Source: Callorhinchus milii (lineage: Eukaryota). From it: a stretch of 64,000 nucleotides of DNA. Positions 51,775 to 64,000 of the stretch are shown in pieces; position 1 is the stretch's first letter; every line of letters starts with the position of its first letter. Under the pieces are notes generated by a model. The model did no database searches, was not told the origin of the DNA, and saw nothing but the letters and a program-made list of their open reading frames with translations. Both the position numbers and the translations under genes were made by a program. The DNA lies in NCBI RefSeq assembly GCF_018977255.1, contig NW_024704745.1, positions 21,204,001-21,268,000 on the forward strand, read 5' to 3'.

Positions 51775-51955
51775 TGCCCTGGCAGAATGTTGAAGCTGAG
51801 TTCATAACAGTATTTAAAAGGGAAATGAATAAAAGTTGTTCAAAAATAATCTAAAAAATTGTGAGGGAATGGGTTTAGAATCAGATGGTGATGAAACTTG
51901 TAGCAGCACAGGCATTATGGGCTGAATGACCTCCTGTGCTGTAACTTTTCTAGGA
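51775..51955 (+). mobile_element. CR1 3' end
   Basis: gcacaggcattatgggctgaatgacctcctgtgctgtaa resembles the recalled elasmobranch CR1 terminus. Confidence 0.6.
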
Positions 51956-52038
51956 ACTAAAGATCATAGGAGGAGTCAAAGATCGTATAGGGACATAGGG
52001 TCGGTATTCCTTCTTAATAAATCTTCCATGTCTGAATC

Positions 52039-53580
52039 AAGCTACCGGCCCATCTCCAACCTCCCCTTTCTCTCCAAGGTCCTGGAAAGAGTTGTCGCCT
52101 CCCAACTGCGCTCTTTCCTTTCCACCCATTCACTTTTCGAACCCCTTCAGTCAGGTTTCCGTGCTGCCCATAGCACAGAAACTGCCCTGGTCAAGGTCAC
52201 CAATGATATCCTGACCATCTGTGACCAGGGCTCCCTCTGCCTCCTCGTCCTCCTCGACCTATCGGCAGCATTCGATACGGTCGACCACGCTATCCTACTC
52301 CACCGCTTGTCCTCCCACCTCAACCTTCAAGGCACTGTCCTTGAGTGGTTTAGGTTGTACCTTTCTCACCGTCTTCACTTTGTCTCGACGAATGGCTTCT
52401 CCTCCACCCCCCGTACTGTCTCATGTGGTGTCCCTCAGGGCTCTGTCCTCGGTCCCCTCCTCTTCACCCTCTACATGCTCCCCCTTGGTGACATCATCCG
52501 CAGACATGGAGTTAACTTCCACATGTATGCGGATGACACCCAACTCTACCTTTCCTCCTCTACTCTCAACTCCACGACCACCGATGTCCTGACAGCTGCC
52601 TGTCCGACATCGAGTCCTGGACGAGAGACAACTTTCTTCAGCTCAACGTGCGAAAAACCGAGGCCCTCCTGATTGGCTCACGTCAGCGCCTCCGCACCTC
52701 AGGCGCCGACACCATCAGCATCCAAGGCTGCACTCTCCACCTCTCAAAGCCAGTCAGGAACCTCGGCGTTTTGTTCGACCCTGAGCTGTCCTTTCTCCCT
52801 CACATCCGCACCACAACTGGCACCGCCTTCCATCACCTCCGGAACATCGCCAAACTACGGCATTACCTCACCCCTCACGCTGCTGAAACCCTGGTTCACG
52901 CCTTTGTCACCTCAAGGCTGGACTATGGGAACTCTCTCCTCGCCGGCCTTCCCGCCACCTCCCTCCACAAGCTGCAGGTCATTCAGAACTCTGCAGCTCG
53001 TGTACTGTCCCGCACCAGGCTTCGGGACCACATCACTCCCACCCTCGCTCGCCTCCACTGGCTCCCCATCCCCCAGAGGATTGATTTCAAGATCCTCATC
53101 CTCACCTACAAGGCCATTCACGGCCTTGCTCCCTCCTACCTCTCCAACCTACTATCCCCCTACCTACCTGCCCGTACCCTCCGTTCCTCTGGCTCCGGTC
53201 TGCTCCACGTCCCCCGCCCCAACCGCCCTACCATCGGTGGTCGGGCCTTCAGCCTCTCAGCCCCAGGCTCTGGAACTCTATCCCCCAGTGCCTTCGCCTT
53301 GCTTCCTCCCTCTCCTCCTTCAAGGCCGGTCTCAAAACCTTTCTCTTTGACCGAGCCTTCAGCTCCCCTCTCGACTCTCTTCCCCCTCCTCGCTCCCTCC
53401 CTTCCCTCCCCTCACCCTGACCATTTCCCCCCTCCTCGCTCCCTCCCTTCCCTCCCCTCACCCTGACCATTTCCCCCCTGCTCCGGTCATGACCCAACTG
53501 TGCAGCGCCTTGGGACGTCCTCCTGACGTGAAAGGCGCTTTATAAATGGAATCTTGTTGTTGTTGTTGTTGTTGTTGTTG
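52039..53580 (+). mobile_element. Youngest-looking L2 copy: complete RT domain to 3' tail, 5'-truncated
   Basis: [69 protein letters not shown] and LHWLP. Frameshifts near 52595 and 53265; hairpin tail and long (TTG)n. Confidence 0.96.
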
Positions 53581-54193
53581 AATGGCTCAGTTTCAAAGCA
53601 GGCTTGGCAGAGCTTCAAGTATTCATTTGAAATAAGAACATTGTTGTGCAGATTGGAGTGTGGCTGCAGTAATGTCACCACGGGATGTATGGTTTCCTCA
53701 CAGTAACACTTCATTTCATTTTGATAAATGGATACTCACAGGCATAGCACAGATTTATCTTGCTGGGACCACCCTAATCATTAGGGCTGTGGATCTGCAT
53801 CTTTCAGTTTACCTTGGATTACTGCACACCAGCTAGACACATTTCCTCAAAGATAGTGTGGCATTTTGGAAACCACAATTACTACAACTCTACTGCGCTC
53901 CTCCCACCCCCACCCCTAAGAGACTAGGTTTTCACAATGATGGGCATTTTATTGACCTCCAAATGAGAGGTGAAGCGATTTGAACCCAAAACTTTTCAGT
54001 CATAATTTCCATATTCCACATGAATTCTGCTCTCCTATTAAAATACCTAATTTCTGGCATTTTCTATTGCTCCTCACTACTGAAAGCAAACACAGAAAGA
54101 AAAGAATACAAATGAGCCACTGTATTTTTCTCTGAACATGGAGAGGATTATAAAACGTAGTATAATTCCCAATATATTGCAGGCAAGTTAAAT

Positions 54194-54498
54194 ATAATAA
54201 TAATCTTTGCATTTGATATAGTACTTTTCAGATCTTCTAGACATCTCAAAGCGCTTCACAGAATATATTGTAAAGTGAATTGACTGTGCATTTGTGGACG
54301 AAACGCGGCAGCCAATTGCTCACAGCAGTGTTCCACAAAAAGTCGTGGATTGAGTGACCAATTTATCATTGTTTTTTTTGAAAGATTATTATCCCCGGAA
54401 CAGCGATCCGCCAATTCACTAACAACTGGGTTCCTACTTACTGCTAGGTAAACAAAGGCGTGTGGAGTAAGGAAACTTGACCAACATTTCGCCCTGCG
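54194..54498 (-). mobile_element. tRNA-Ala SINE family, long variant with an extra internal segment of about 65 bp
   Basis: The 3' half and post-head segment are as in the copies at 9509 and 58496, with extra sequence at 54393-54456. Confidence 0.8.
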
Positions 54499-55213
54499 AA
54501 AGTTTATAATTTAGATTCTTGCACAATTGTAGATATGAGATCATCACTAAATCTGTCCAGAGGAAGTCCGTAGGTTCCAGAAAAATAAACACAAGACAGC
54601 ACAAAATTCCCTGAATAATTAAAAACAATGTAGTTAGACATCAATACAAGTCAACCATTTACCCTGCGGAATACAACATTGGCTCCTTTAAAGTGGTTGG
54701 TTGTTAAATTGCACGCACTTACCATTCTGTAGCCAATAAGTGACTTCATCACTGTGACTTCAAATCATTTTTGCAAATCTAAGAAGCCTTCAAACATTAA
54801 GAAATAATTTGAAATATAAAGCACCAATGCACCAGACTGGACTACTGGAGACCATTTATGACAAAACTGGCCCAGGGGAACTTTAGCTAACACTACTATA
54901 CATGTAAATTGGACATGTAGGGGAAAAAAATGTTGCCCGTATTCAATGAATCCATTATTGAGAAAGGTCAACAAAGCATCAAATTACCATTGTTGTATAG
55001 GTGTATGATGGTAGATGTTATTAACAGAAGTTCTGTTACAACAGTGTTGTTATAATATGAGTTCCAGATTCAGGGATAAACTCAAATAAAAATCCAAACC
55101 CACGGTTTCCATGTGGGCCTCTGGCACACACAATCACACACCAACCTAGATCCCAGCTCAAGTGGATCCTCTGAAAAGATGAGTCATGGTCCTTTAGGCT
55201 TCCTGTGTCTTAC

Positions 55214-55365
55214 CTTCTGACTATTATCTTTAAAACCTTGTGCGACCCTTTCACAAGGCAGATCGCCTCCTGCCTGTAGCCCGTCAGGATCACGTCATTG
55301 ATGCTGATGATCTCATCTCCGACCTGGAGTTTGCCCACGGCCGCTGCCTTGCTTTCATCTTCAAT
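55214..55365 (-). CDS. SHROOM2: Shroom2 coding exon 2 (C-terminal part of PDZ domain), 152 nt
   Basis: Translates [51 protein letters not shown], close to human SHROOM2 as recalled ([51 protein letters not shown]). Acceptor ttcag| and donor AG|GTAAG; phase 0 in, phase 2 out. Confidence 0.96.
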
Positions 55366-56454
55366 CTGAAATGAAACCATGAAACGGTCAGACAGAGCAA
55401 GCAAGTTTTCCCAATTCACAAACAATTATTAGGTCAACTATGGATACACAGAACCAAGTGATAGGCAATACCCAACATTATGTTCAAATGGTAACCAATC
55501 ATATTTGCCATAAATGGTGGCCAAATGTTGGTTCTAACCACATCTCGAAGATGTGATAAGGTGCTACATCAAATGCAAGGGTTATTATTATTACGATTGG
55601 TGTCTCAAGACTAAACGAGAGTACAGAAGTTATCCACTGTTGCATTGTTTTTTTCCAATGCATTTGTTTACTTGAAGTACTTTTAATTCAGCTTTAGCAG
55701 CTTAGCTTTTGCATCAATAATTGTCTTTGATGACAGTATGACAAAAACTCATGAAAATGATATGGTAAGCAGGATTTAGATAACCAGTGATAATTATTAC
55801 ATCACCTCATTTTTTTTCATTCCAACCAAGGTAAGAAAATGCATAACACTCTCTGACCATTTAGTTCCACAACCAAAGACAATTATTGGTATTTTCATCT
55901 CCCTCCTGCCTTGGGACCTAGGCTGGATCCCTCCACCTTCCAAATTCCCAACAATGAATATCTTAGCATTGCCCCTTCCAGGAAGCACAAACACAAACAG
56001 AATATCTGCCCATCGATGGGTCATTCAAAGCAGCAACTATATTAACAAATTAACTCTTTACTCACCCAACATTACATATTTCTTTAAATTTATAAACTTG
56101 TAACCTCATAGTTTGTTAAATGGTTGACTACTTGTATATAAAACATTGAGATTCATTCCATTACTTTCTTGTTTATCTAAGGATTACATGTACTGTTCAT
56201 ATCATATGTTTTGTATCAGGAGTGAAAGTTTAATAATAATTCCTGCATTAGATATAGTTCTTGATCACGTCATTGAAACATCTCAAGGCGATAAACAGGA
56301 TTTTACTGTAAAGTTTAGTGACCGTGTATTTGTAGGCAAACAAATTAAACCTTATTTTTAAACAAGTACTGCGATAGTCTCCCAATCATTGTCATCTGGT
56401 AAAATCCCAGTACTATGTGCAAATTCAAAATCGATACATCGAGTACAGATTGAT

Positions 56455-56795
56455 TGCCAGCCTGGCTCATTTGGTAACATACATACTGGATCAAAAGGTT
56501 ATGGGATCAAGACCCACATTGGGATGTGAGTTTAGAATCAAGGCTAGCAGTCGATGCAGGCCTGAGGACCGCTGTAATGTCAGAGGTGTCATCTTTCAGA
56601 CGTCATGTTAAACTGTGGTTTTGTTTGCCTGTTCAGGCGGCCGTTAAAGATCCCACTCTTTGAAAGGGGGAGGGTGTTTATTCCACTATCCTGGCCAACA
56701 ATCCTCCAGAATAATTGGTCACTCACCTAATACCCGTTTGTAGGATTTTGCTAATGCAAATGGCTTGCCACATTTGTCTACAAATATAGTTACTA
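56455..56795 (+). mobile_element. DeuSINE-like SINE
   Basis: Head, core tttcagacgtcatgttaaactgtgg...gttaaagatccc, and body. Confidence 0.7.
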
Positions 56796-58495
56796 TAATT
56801 CGCAATAATTAAAGTCCTATCCACTTAACTCAAAACTCTTTATGTCGACATGCCTCTTATATCAAAAAAAAAGGTGAAGTCCCAGTACCTTCTCCATACA
56901 TTAATACTAAAAACTATTTTTTACGAAGTAAAACTAGTAAACTCTGGCACACTTATGTCACCAAAAATTTAGATCCCTAACAGTATTAAAGGCATTGTTT
57001 TATTACTAGTTATGTTGACAGTGTATTCCTAAATTACTATTTTTGTTACTTACATGACTATTTTTGTAAATAAGTTAATGACATTTTTGTAACAAAAAAT
57101 ATGTAAATAAATGGCTCAAGAATTTTAATTAAATGTATGATTTTTTAAAAACTAAATCAATGAAAATAAATGTAAATACATGGTACATAAATTCGAATCA
57201 CCATTGTACGCTTTGACCGCTTATGTCAAAATATGCAGTCAATCTACTTTACAGTATAATCTGTGAAGCGCTTCGAGACATCTCAATGGGGTGATAAGGT
57301 GCTGTGTCAAATGCGAGGATTATTATCATTGCAATAAAATAAGTTTTACAAGAAATTGGTTTTATAAGAAAACGAGTGGGGAACTCCTTGCTAGAAAAAG
57401 CTGATTGAAAAATATAGTTGTCGAATCCGATTCCCATATATGCTATTTTCAGAAAGCAGAATCATTCAGGATTTACCATAAAAGGTTATGTTCTGGAATC
57501 AGTTGTAACTGGATCAGTATCAAATCAACTGATTCACATGAACTGTTGACTTTACAAACAAGTAAGTAATGGTAACAAACTGCACTAATTCCTATTTACA
57601 TTTTAAGTTATTCAGTTATACTGTTATGGAAAATTTAAATTATTGCATCAGTCCTTGCCAACCAAAACATGTGGGAATCTACTCTCAAATAGAAAGTGCA
57701 CCTTTTATTACAACAGTGGTGCCATTCTGTTATCAGTCATCATTCTCCCCAAACAAACCCTTTTTGGAGGGAATGATAGGTTGTAAAATTCACTTCAAAA
57801 TATTCTTCTTTGAATTAGTTTTAGACCAGCAGCAGAACAACCAAGAGAAATGTTTCCTTATTAAGCGCCTTGCTGAAGCGAGCGTTCACTTAAAACGCAA
57901 ACCTCCTGGGTTACCTGTGGTTACCAGAGGCACAGTGCGCTTTCAGCTTCCTGCGCAGACTGGCCAGCTACTGAAACGTACACAGCACGGGTCAGCCACA
58001 ACTGCTCTTGTGAGTGTTTCTAGTGGTAGGAATACTCTGGAGATTGGCCACAACTTTGTATGCACTGTTTGTATGTGCAGGTAGCCAGCCAGTCCGCACA
58101 GAAAGCCAGAAGTCACATCAGTAGTGATCTGTTAATCCAGAAGCGGGACTGGAGGACATTTCTTTTGAAGATCTGTTATAATGCCTTGGCCTGATACTGG
58201 TTAGTGGATAGAGCGCTTGTATGCACAATTACTTATCCCATAAGAATTTTTGGAAATGAGATCCCATTAACATTAGTAGAAACACCTTCAAGGATCTTGG
58301 CCTCATTCTCTGTTCTAAATCAGCTCCAGGGCTTTGACTCATGCTTTTTATACTTCCGGCTTCAGTTGCAGAGTATATTGTGGAATAACTGGTGGAACGT
58401 GTTATAACATCGATGAACCCCAAAACACATGGTTGACTGCACTCTTTCTGATTTCCAAGGATGCAAGGATGAAAGGAACTGCTCCATAATCCAGT

Positions 58496-58788
58496 GGAAT
58501 CCTGTAGCTCAGTGGTTAGAGCACTCGCCTCTCAAGCAAGAGACTTGGGTTCAATTCCCAGTAGGCGAAACCTTGGGCAACTTTCCTTACTCCACACGCC
58601 TAATAATAATCCCTCAAGAAAAAAAAAAAAATTGGTCGCTTCAATCCACGACTGTTTGTGGAACACTACAATTGGCTTGGCTACCGCAAATATACAGTCA
58701 ATTCACTTTACAATATATTCTGTGAAGCACTTTGAGATGGCTAGAAGACATGAAAAGCGTTATATCAAATGCAAGGATTATTATTATT
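58496..58788 (+). mobile_element. tRNA-Ala-derived SINE, full length
   Basis: Same head, body and tail as the copy at 30541. Confidence 0.88.
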
Positions 58789-60621
58789 AGCATGACCATA
58801 TATAGGCAAAAATACATTAGCAGTTTGCATTGGTAACCACTGGATTGGGATGAATGTCTTTGTCCATTGAGCCTCACACATCTCTAAATAAGGCAATCCC
58901 AAATAATTCAACTCCTTTCTAAGTATTTGGCATTCACAGTCGTTATAACTTACTATATTTATCACAGTTCCCTGTCCTAGAAATCATTGAAATTATAGGG
59001 CAAAAAAGGCCACAATTTGGCCCATTGAGCCAAGGCTGGTGCCAACTTTTTCACTGAATCTGACTACTCAAATCTCAACTGCCGGCTCGTTCCTCAGACA
59101 TGTTTATATTCTTCCTCTTCTCTCTTCTAACTGTTATAATCTCTGCTTCAATACCAATCCATGTTCTAAGATCCAGGTCCGATCTTGGGACGTCCTCCCA
59201 ACGCTATACAAATGTGATTTTGTTGTTATTGTTGTAAGAAACCTCAATGTGAAAGGTTTCTTCTAACCTCCCTCTTTACTCTCCCAGTAATTATCTGGTT
59301 TGGCGGCATTTGGTACTAAATTCTGGTATGTGGTATGGACTGATTGGACCAAAAGGCCTTTGTTCTGTGCTTCTGTCTATGTGTATGTAATAGGAGCCAA
59401 TTCATTTGGAATATGATCAGAAACAGGTCAATGGGCCTTTACGAGACCATTTTGTAAACATTTTATAAAATATTTAACTAGCATTAACTAACATTCCTCA
59501 AAACACTTTGAGACGTCTTCCCGACGTGAAAGGCATGATACAAATGTAATTTGGTTTGTTTGTATAAATGTAAGTCTACTTATATTGTGCAAGGATTATT
59601 AAGTCCACTTTACATTGTATCTTGTGAAGTGCTTTGAGATGTCTCAATGATGTGGTAAGGTGCTATATCAAATGCATGGATTATTATTATGATTATTAAT
59701 ATTATTAAGTTGTGCATGAACCTGACCAACATGATCAGGTTCATAAAGAACAAATAAGGCTACATCCCTCCTAATCTCTTTGCTGCTGGAAAACTATTCC
59801 ATCTTCAGCAAACAAATGGCCCTCCTTCTCTGTATATATGAACATGCTGTAGCTTTCCAGTTACTTCTGTATATATTAGTTAGTTCTGAAGGGATGTACA
59901 TTTTCAAATGCCACCTAACCTATTGAAAATAACGTGTAGCTATGTTTTTCCACATTACGGGTTTTCTGTAAAAGGAAGTTTGGTGTTTGTTGCAAAAATA
60001 GCAGAAGATATCTTCATTATTTATAACTTACATTCCGTCCAACAGCACTCTCAGTTTTGAGAGTGGAAGTTTTCAAACAATAAAAGGGACAACAAACATA
60101 ATTTAAATCACATGAGTGACTGAGTCACTGCTTTCAGCAATCTCACGCCTGTGAGATCCTTGACCTCCTAACTCCATGGTGTTCATTCACAGATAAAGGG
60201 AACAATATGGTGAGGCAAGCTGTTTATCTTGGAATGTTAGACCGTACCCTTAATCTGCTCTTTCCCACAATATCCAATCAAAGTTCCTGATCTCAAATCC
60301 AAGGTATTTGCGTGTAGCTACTTCAGACGAGAGAATAAGATGGGAGGCTATTGTAACACTCAGTATTGTGGTCATGTCATTGGTCTCGACCCACAGTGTG
60401 AAAACTCTGAAGCAACCCCATGGGGCTCCGTTCCCACTGATCCTGTCTCAACTCACAAATGTGCTGTCAATGACACTTATACAAAGTAAATAGGACGGTC
60501 TGCCTGACTAACACCAAGCCCAGGTGCAATGTGCAGCGTGCAGGGTGCATGGCAATGTCATTTACACAGCTTCTAGTACCTAAATGGGTACTGGTGACAG
60601 GGGAGGTTTGATATCATCAGA

Positions 60622-60850
60622 CAATAGGAACATAGGAACAGGAGTAGGTCATTCAGCCCTTAGAGCCTGTTTCGCCAGTTAATTAGATCATGGCTGATCA
60701 ACAACAACAACAAGATTACATTTGTATAGCGCCTTTCACATCGGGAGGATGTCCCAAGGCACTGGATATATCTATATCTTTACTAGAATTTCAAATCCAA
60801 GTTCCCACTTTCTCCCTGTATCCCTTAATACCCCGACCTACCAAAACTCA
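60622..60850 (-). mobile_element. CR1 3' UTR interrupted by a solo L2 tail (about 60699-60763)
   Basis: ataggaacaggagtaggtcattcagccc...gatcatggctgatc, resuming as tatcccttaatacc after the insert. Confidence 0.65.
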
Positions 60851-61472
60851 TGCATTGTAACCTCATCCTCTCTACTACACAATGACACCCGTGTTCGCTA
60901 CTGCAACACACAACGAACCAGATACAAAATAAAGTGAGCGGAGACCAGAAAATGGCATATTACCCTTCTCGTCCGTCACCCCCATTTCCGTGTGGACTTC
61001 ATAACTGAATGCAAATGCATATGAAGTGTGACCTCGTGCACCCTGAGGTCACAATATACTGTGCCCACAACCATGTGAAGTGAAAGTGGGCAAAAATAGA
61101 CAATAACAGAATGGACATGATGGGCTGACACATAGAACAACGTCCAGGACTCAGTGCTGCCATCGAGCTCCTCTTTTCTCCCACAGGTGAAATTGGCCAC
61201 AAACAGCACACACAGAAACATGCTTCCAATGACAAACACTGTTCATTCTCTCGCATGCATTAACATACAACCACACATGCAAATTCTTACGGCTTCTTTT
61301 ATTCCTCTCCCTCTCGGAACAATGGGAACAAGGGCAAAGCATTCAAATATATATCCCCTGCCAAGAACCCTTGGAGTTCATAGTTCCAACAGATTCACTT
61401 GAATGTTTTTTATTTGACTATTTGCAGCACTTTGATGCTCTGTGTGGCGTCACTTCTGGATGGGGGTGAATC

Positions 61473-62070
61473 CAACAACAACTTGCATTTATATAGCGCC
61501 CCTCACGCTGGGTAGTGTCCCAGCGCGCCTGATAGTGGTGGAGCACCAAACCGAGCCTGGGGGAGCGGGAGGTGACTGTAGGCACAGTCTAAAAGGAAGG
61601 TCTTCAGACGCGACCTGAAGATGGTAAAGGAAGGGTAAGGCAGAAGGATAGAGAAAGAGTGTTCCACAGTTTCGGGGTGTAGTGGCTCCAACCCCAGCCA
61701 CCAATAGTGAAACGGAGGGTACGAGGGACAAGCAGAAGGCCGAAGCCAGTCGAGCAGAGGCAATAGGTAGTGGGTTGGGGGGTAAGCAGGTCGGAGAGTT
61801 AGGGAAATACAAGCGCATGAAGGGATTTGGTAATGAGTGAGGATCTTGAAATCAATCCGTTTGGCGATAGAGAGCCAGTGGAGCCTGGCTAGAAATTGTG
61901 TGATGGGGGTACGGAGCTTGGTGCAAGTTAGTAGGTGGGTGGCAGGGTTTTGGATCAGCTGGATCCTGTGCACGATGGAGCTGGGAATACCGGCGAAGAG
62001 GGCATATGAAAAGTCGAGTCGTAAGTTGACGAACGCATAGACGAATGTTTCGGCTGCATCTGGGAGTAAA
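61473..62070 (-). mobile_element. L2 3' fragment (older subfamily)
   Basis: AAETFVYAFVNLRLDF..ARLHWLSIAKRIDFKIL and ATGCAAG(TTG)n tail. Confidence 0.88.
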
Positions 62071-62079
62071 TAACCTGCA

Positions 62080-63496
62080 TGTGGTCTCCAAACGGCGCTC
62101 CGATCCAACCCGGGGATCGAGGCCCACCTACCCAAGCCGTGAGGAGTCATCGTGGGATTCGTGGCCGCGGTCATGGAGGCCATCGCTGACTCTCCTGGTC
62201 AACAGCCAACCGGAGTCTTCCCTGTCAGTCTCACCTGTCCCACCTCGCCCCCCACTTTCCGCCACCAACTGTCCCCTCCGCATCGGCCTACAAAACATCT
62301 GTTCCCTCTCCAACAAAACACTCACCATGCAAGACCTCATCGTCGATGAAAACATTCTCGCCCTCACTGAAACCTGGATCACTCCAGGCGACACCTTCCC
62401 CCGAAAGAGGCCACACTACCCGGCTACACCTACATCACACCCCATGGTGTTGTGGCTCTCATCTTCCGGTTCCCGCTCGGCCTATCCCTTTACTCCTCTG
62501 GAACTTTCCACTCCTTTGAGTAACTTACCCTTTATCACCCCTCCAACTTTTCCCTCAAAATTCTCCTTATCTACCGCCCCCACCAAGCTCTCCCCCATCT
62601 TCATCCCCGATATCGCCACCCTCCTATCTTCCCTCTCCCTTTGCTCTGAATGCCTCCTCATCCTTGGCGATTTCAACCTTCACTTCACCCCTTCCTGCTC
62701 TACCTCTGCTGACTTTTCCTCCCTTATCTCCTCCCTCAATCTCTCCTCTCCACATCCACTACGCCTCAGGCGCTGACAGCATCACCATCCATGGTTGCAC
62801 ACTCCACCTTGCTAAGCCAGTCCAGAACCTTGGGGTCTTGTTTGACCCTGAACTATTCTTTCTACCCCACATCTGCGCCATGACCCGCTCTGCCTTCCCC
62901 CACCTCCGCAACGTCGCCCGGCTCCGACAATGTCTCACACCGCAGGCCGCTGAAACCCTTATACACCCCTTCATTACATCGAGGCTCGACTATGCAAACT
63001 CACTGCTTGTCGGCCTCCCCAACTCCTCCCTCCACAGGCTGTAGATCATCCAGAACTCTGCAGCCCGTGTCCTCTCCCGCACTAGGCTTCACGACCTTAT
63101 CACCCCCTCCTCGCCCAACTCCACTGGCTTTCCATCACACAGAGGATACAATTCAAGATCCTTGTCCTCAACTCCACAGTCTAGCTCCCCCTGCCTCTCC
63201 GACCTCCTAACCCCCTACCATGCTGTTCGCTCCCTCCGCTCAGCGGGCTCCGGCCTGCTTCATGACCCCTGCCTTGCTTGCCCCACTTCCACCACTCTGC
63301 AGTCCCTCTGTCTCGCCCCCTCCCTTACCACCTTCAAGACCCACCTCAAGACCCTCCTCTTCGACCCCTGCTTCCCCCACTGCCCTCCACCCTCCCCTAT
63401 CCCGACCCTCAGCTCGGGTCCGTAACTCTGTCTGTCCAGCACCTTGGGACGTCCTCTCAACGTGAAAGGCACTATACAAATATAATATTGTTGTTG
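62080..63496 (+). mobile_element. Internally deleted L2: APE endonuclease N-terminus joined to the post-RT 3' end
   Basis: GLQNICSLSNK..ILALTETWI and CLLILGDFNLHF (APE motifs), then directly SGADSITIHGC..VQNLGVLFD..RLDYANSLL and tail. No RT motifs in between. Confidence 0.85.
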
Positions 63497-64000
63497 TAAA
63501 ATGAAAACATGGCCCCCTTGAATCAAACAATATGGATTAATCCTCCATAACGTTGAAATGAATGGGAAGTAAAGCCAACATTATTACAGGCTAACATCAT
63601 GGACAGCCTCTAGTCACTTCAGTATTCAGCAGTGTAAAATGATTGTGTGCCAGCTTTGCGGTTCCAATTGTACAACTGAACAGTGAAATTGCAAGGAAAC
63701 ATTCACGCTGAAGCCAAAGTCAACATACAAGTCTGCTATTTGTTTAATTGTATGTTGCCTCTGTTTGTGTTTCTGGTTGCAATGTAAAGCTGAACATCTT
63801 TCTCTGAGGGACAGACCACTGGAAAGAGTGCCCTAACTGCATGACCTTCGCAAGAAGGCCACGTTCTCTTCAGCAGATGTCTTCTCTTACAGGTAATACA
63901 GCAGAGCCATTGCAGTCTAAATAACAGGTTCTAAAATATCATGCCATGTATTGATTTCCAGATACAATAATTTATCACATTACTTTCATCCCTCGCTGAG

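Noticed and set aside
20407-55213. SHROOM3-type extra exon between the PDZ exon and the RPHSWH exon; SHROOM3 or SHROOM4 identity
   Set aside because: No such exon was recognised. Exon 2 joins exon 3 colinearly with SHROOM2, and [13 protein letters not shown] and RLGTFAEYQ are SHROOM2-type.
56812-57240. AT-rich segment resembling a Tc1/pogo-type MITE
   Set aside because: Subterminal-like cttatgtc repeats are present, but I could not define paired TIRs or a TSD by eye.
57569-58084. 171-aa plus-strand ORF
   Set aside because: No recognisable domain or coding-like composition; compatible with chance in 64 kb.

Overview
Vertebrate genomic DNA, most likely from a cartilaginous fish; this is inferred from the repeat landscape of L2 LINEs, DeuSINE-like and tRNA-Ala SINEs and shark-type CR1 3' ends. 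The whole window lies inside one minus-strand gene, a SHROOM2 orthologue. Four coding exons can be delimited with canonical GT-AG sites and consistent phases: the PDZ exon (55214-55365), a 132-nt exon (20275-20406), the 2794-nt exon carrying the ASD1 actin-binding domain (16452-19245) and a 101-nt exon (14728-14828). Exon 1 and the ASD2 exons lie outside the window. The introns are filled with 5'-truncated L2 copies, two related SINE families that share an L2-like 3' hairpin tail, CR1 remnants and older repeats. Nearly all other ORFs in the track are repeat-derived or random. I found no convincing novel multi-gene system. The best leads are candidate intronic promoters for short Shroom2 isoforms, a chimeric SINE lineage, a duplication that ends exactly at a Pol III-type T-run, an RT-deleted L2, and a phase-symmetric exon 3-5 block flanked by inverted L2 copies. 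Repeat boundaries were read by eye and are approximate, and family names come from recall, not database searches.
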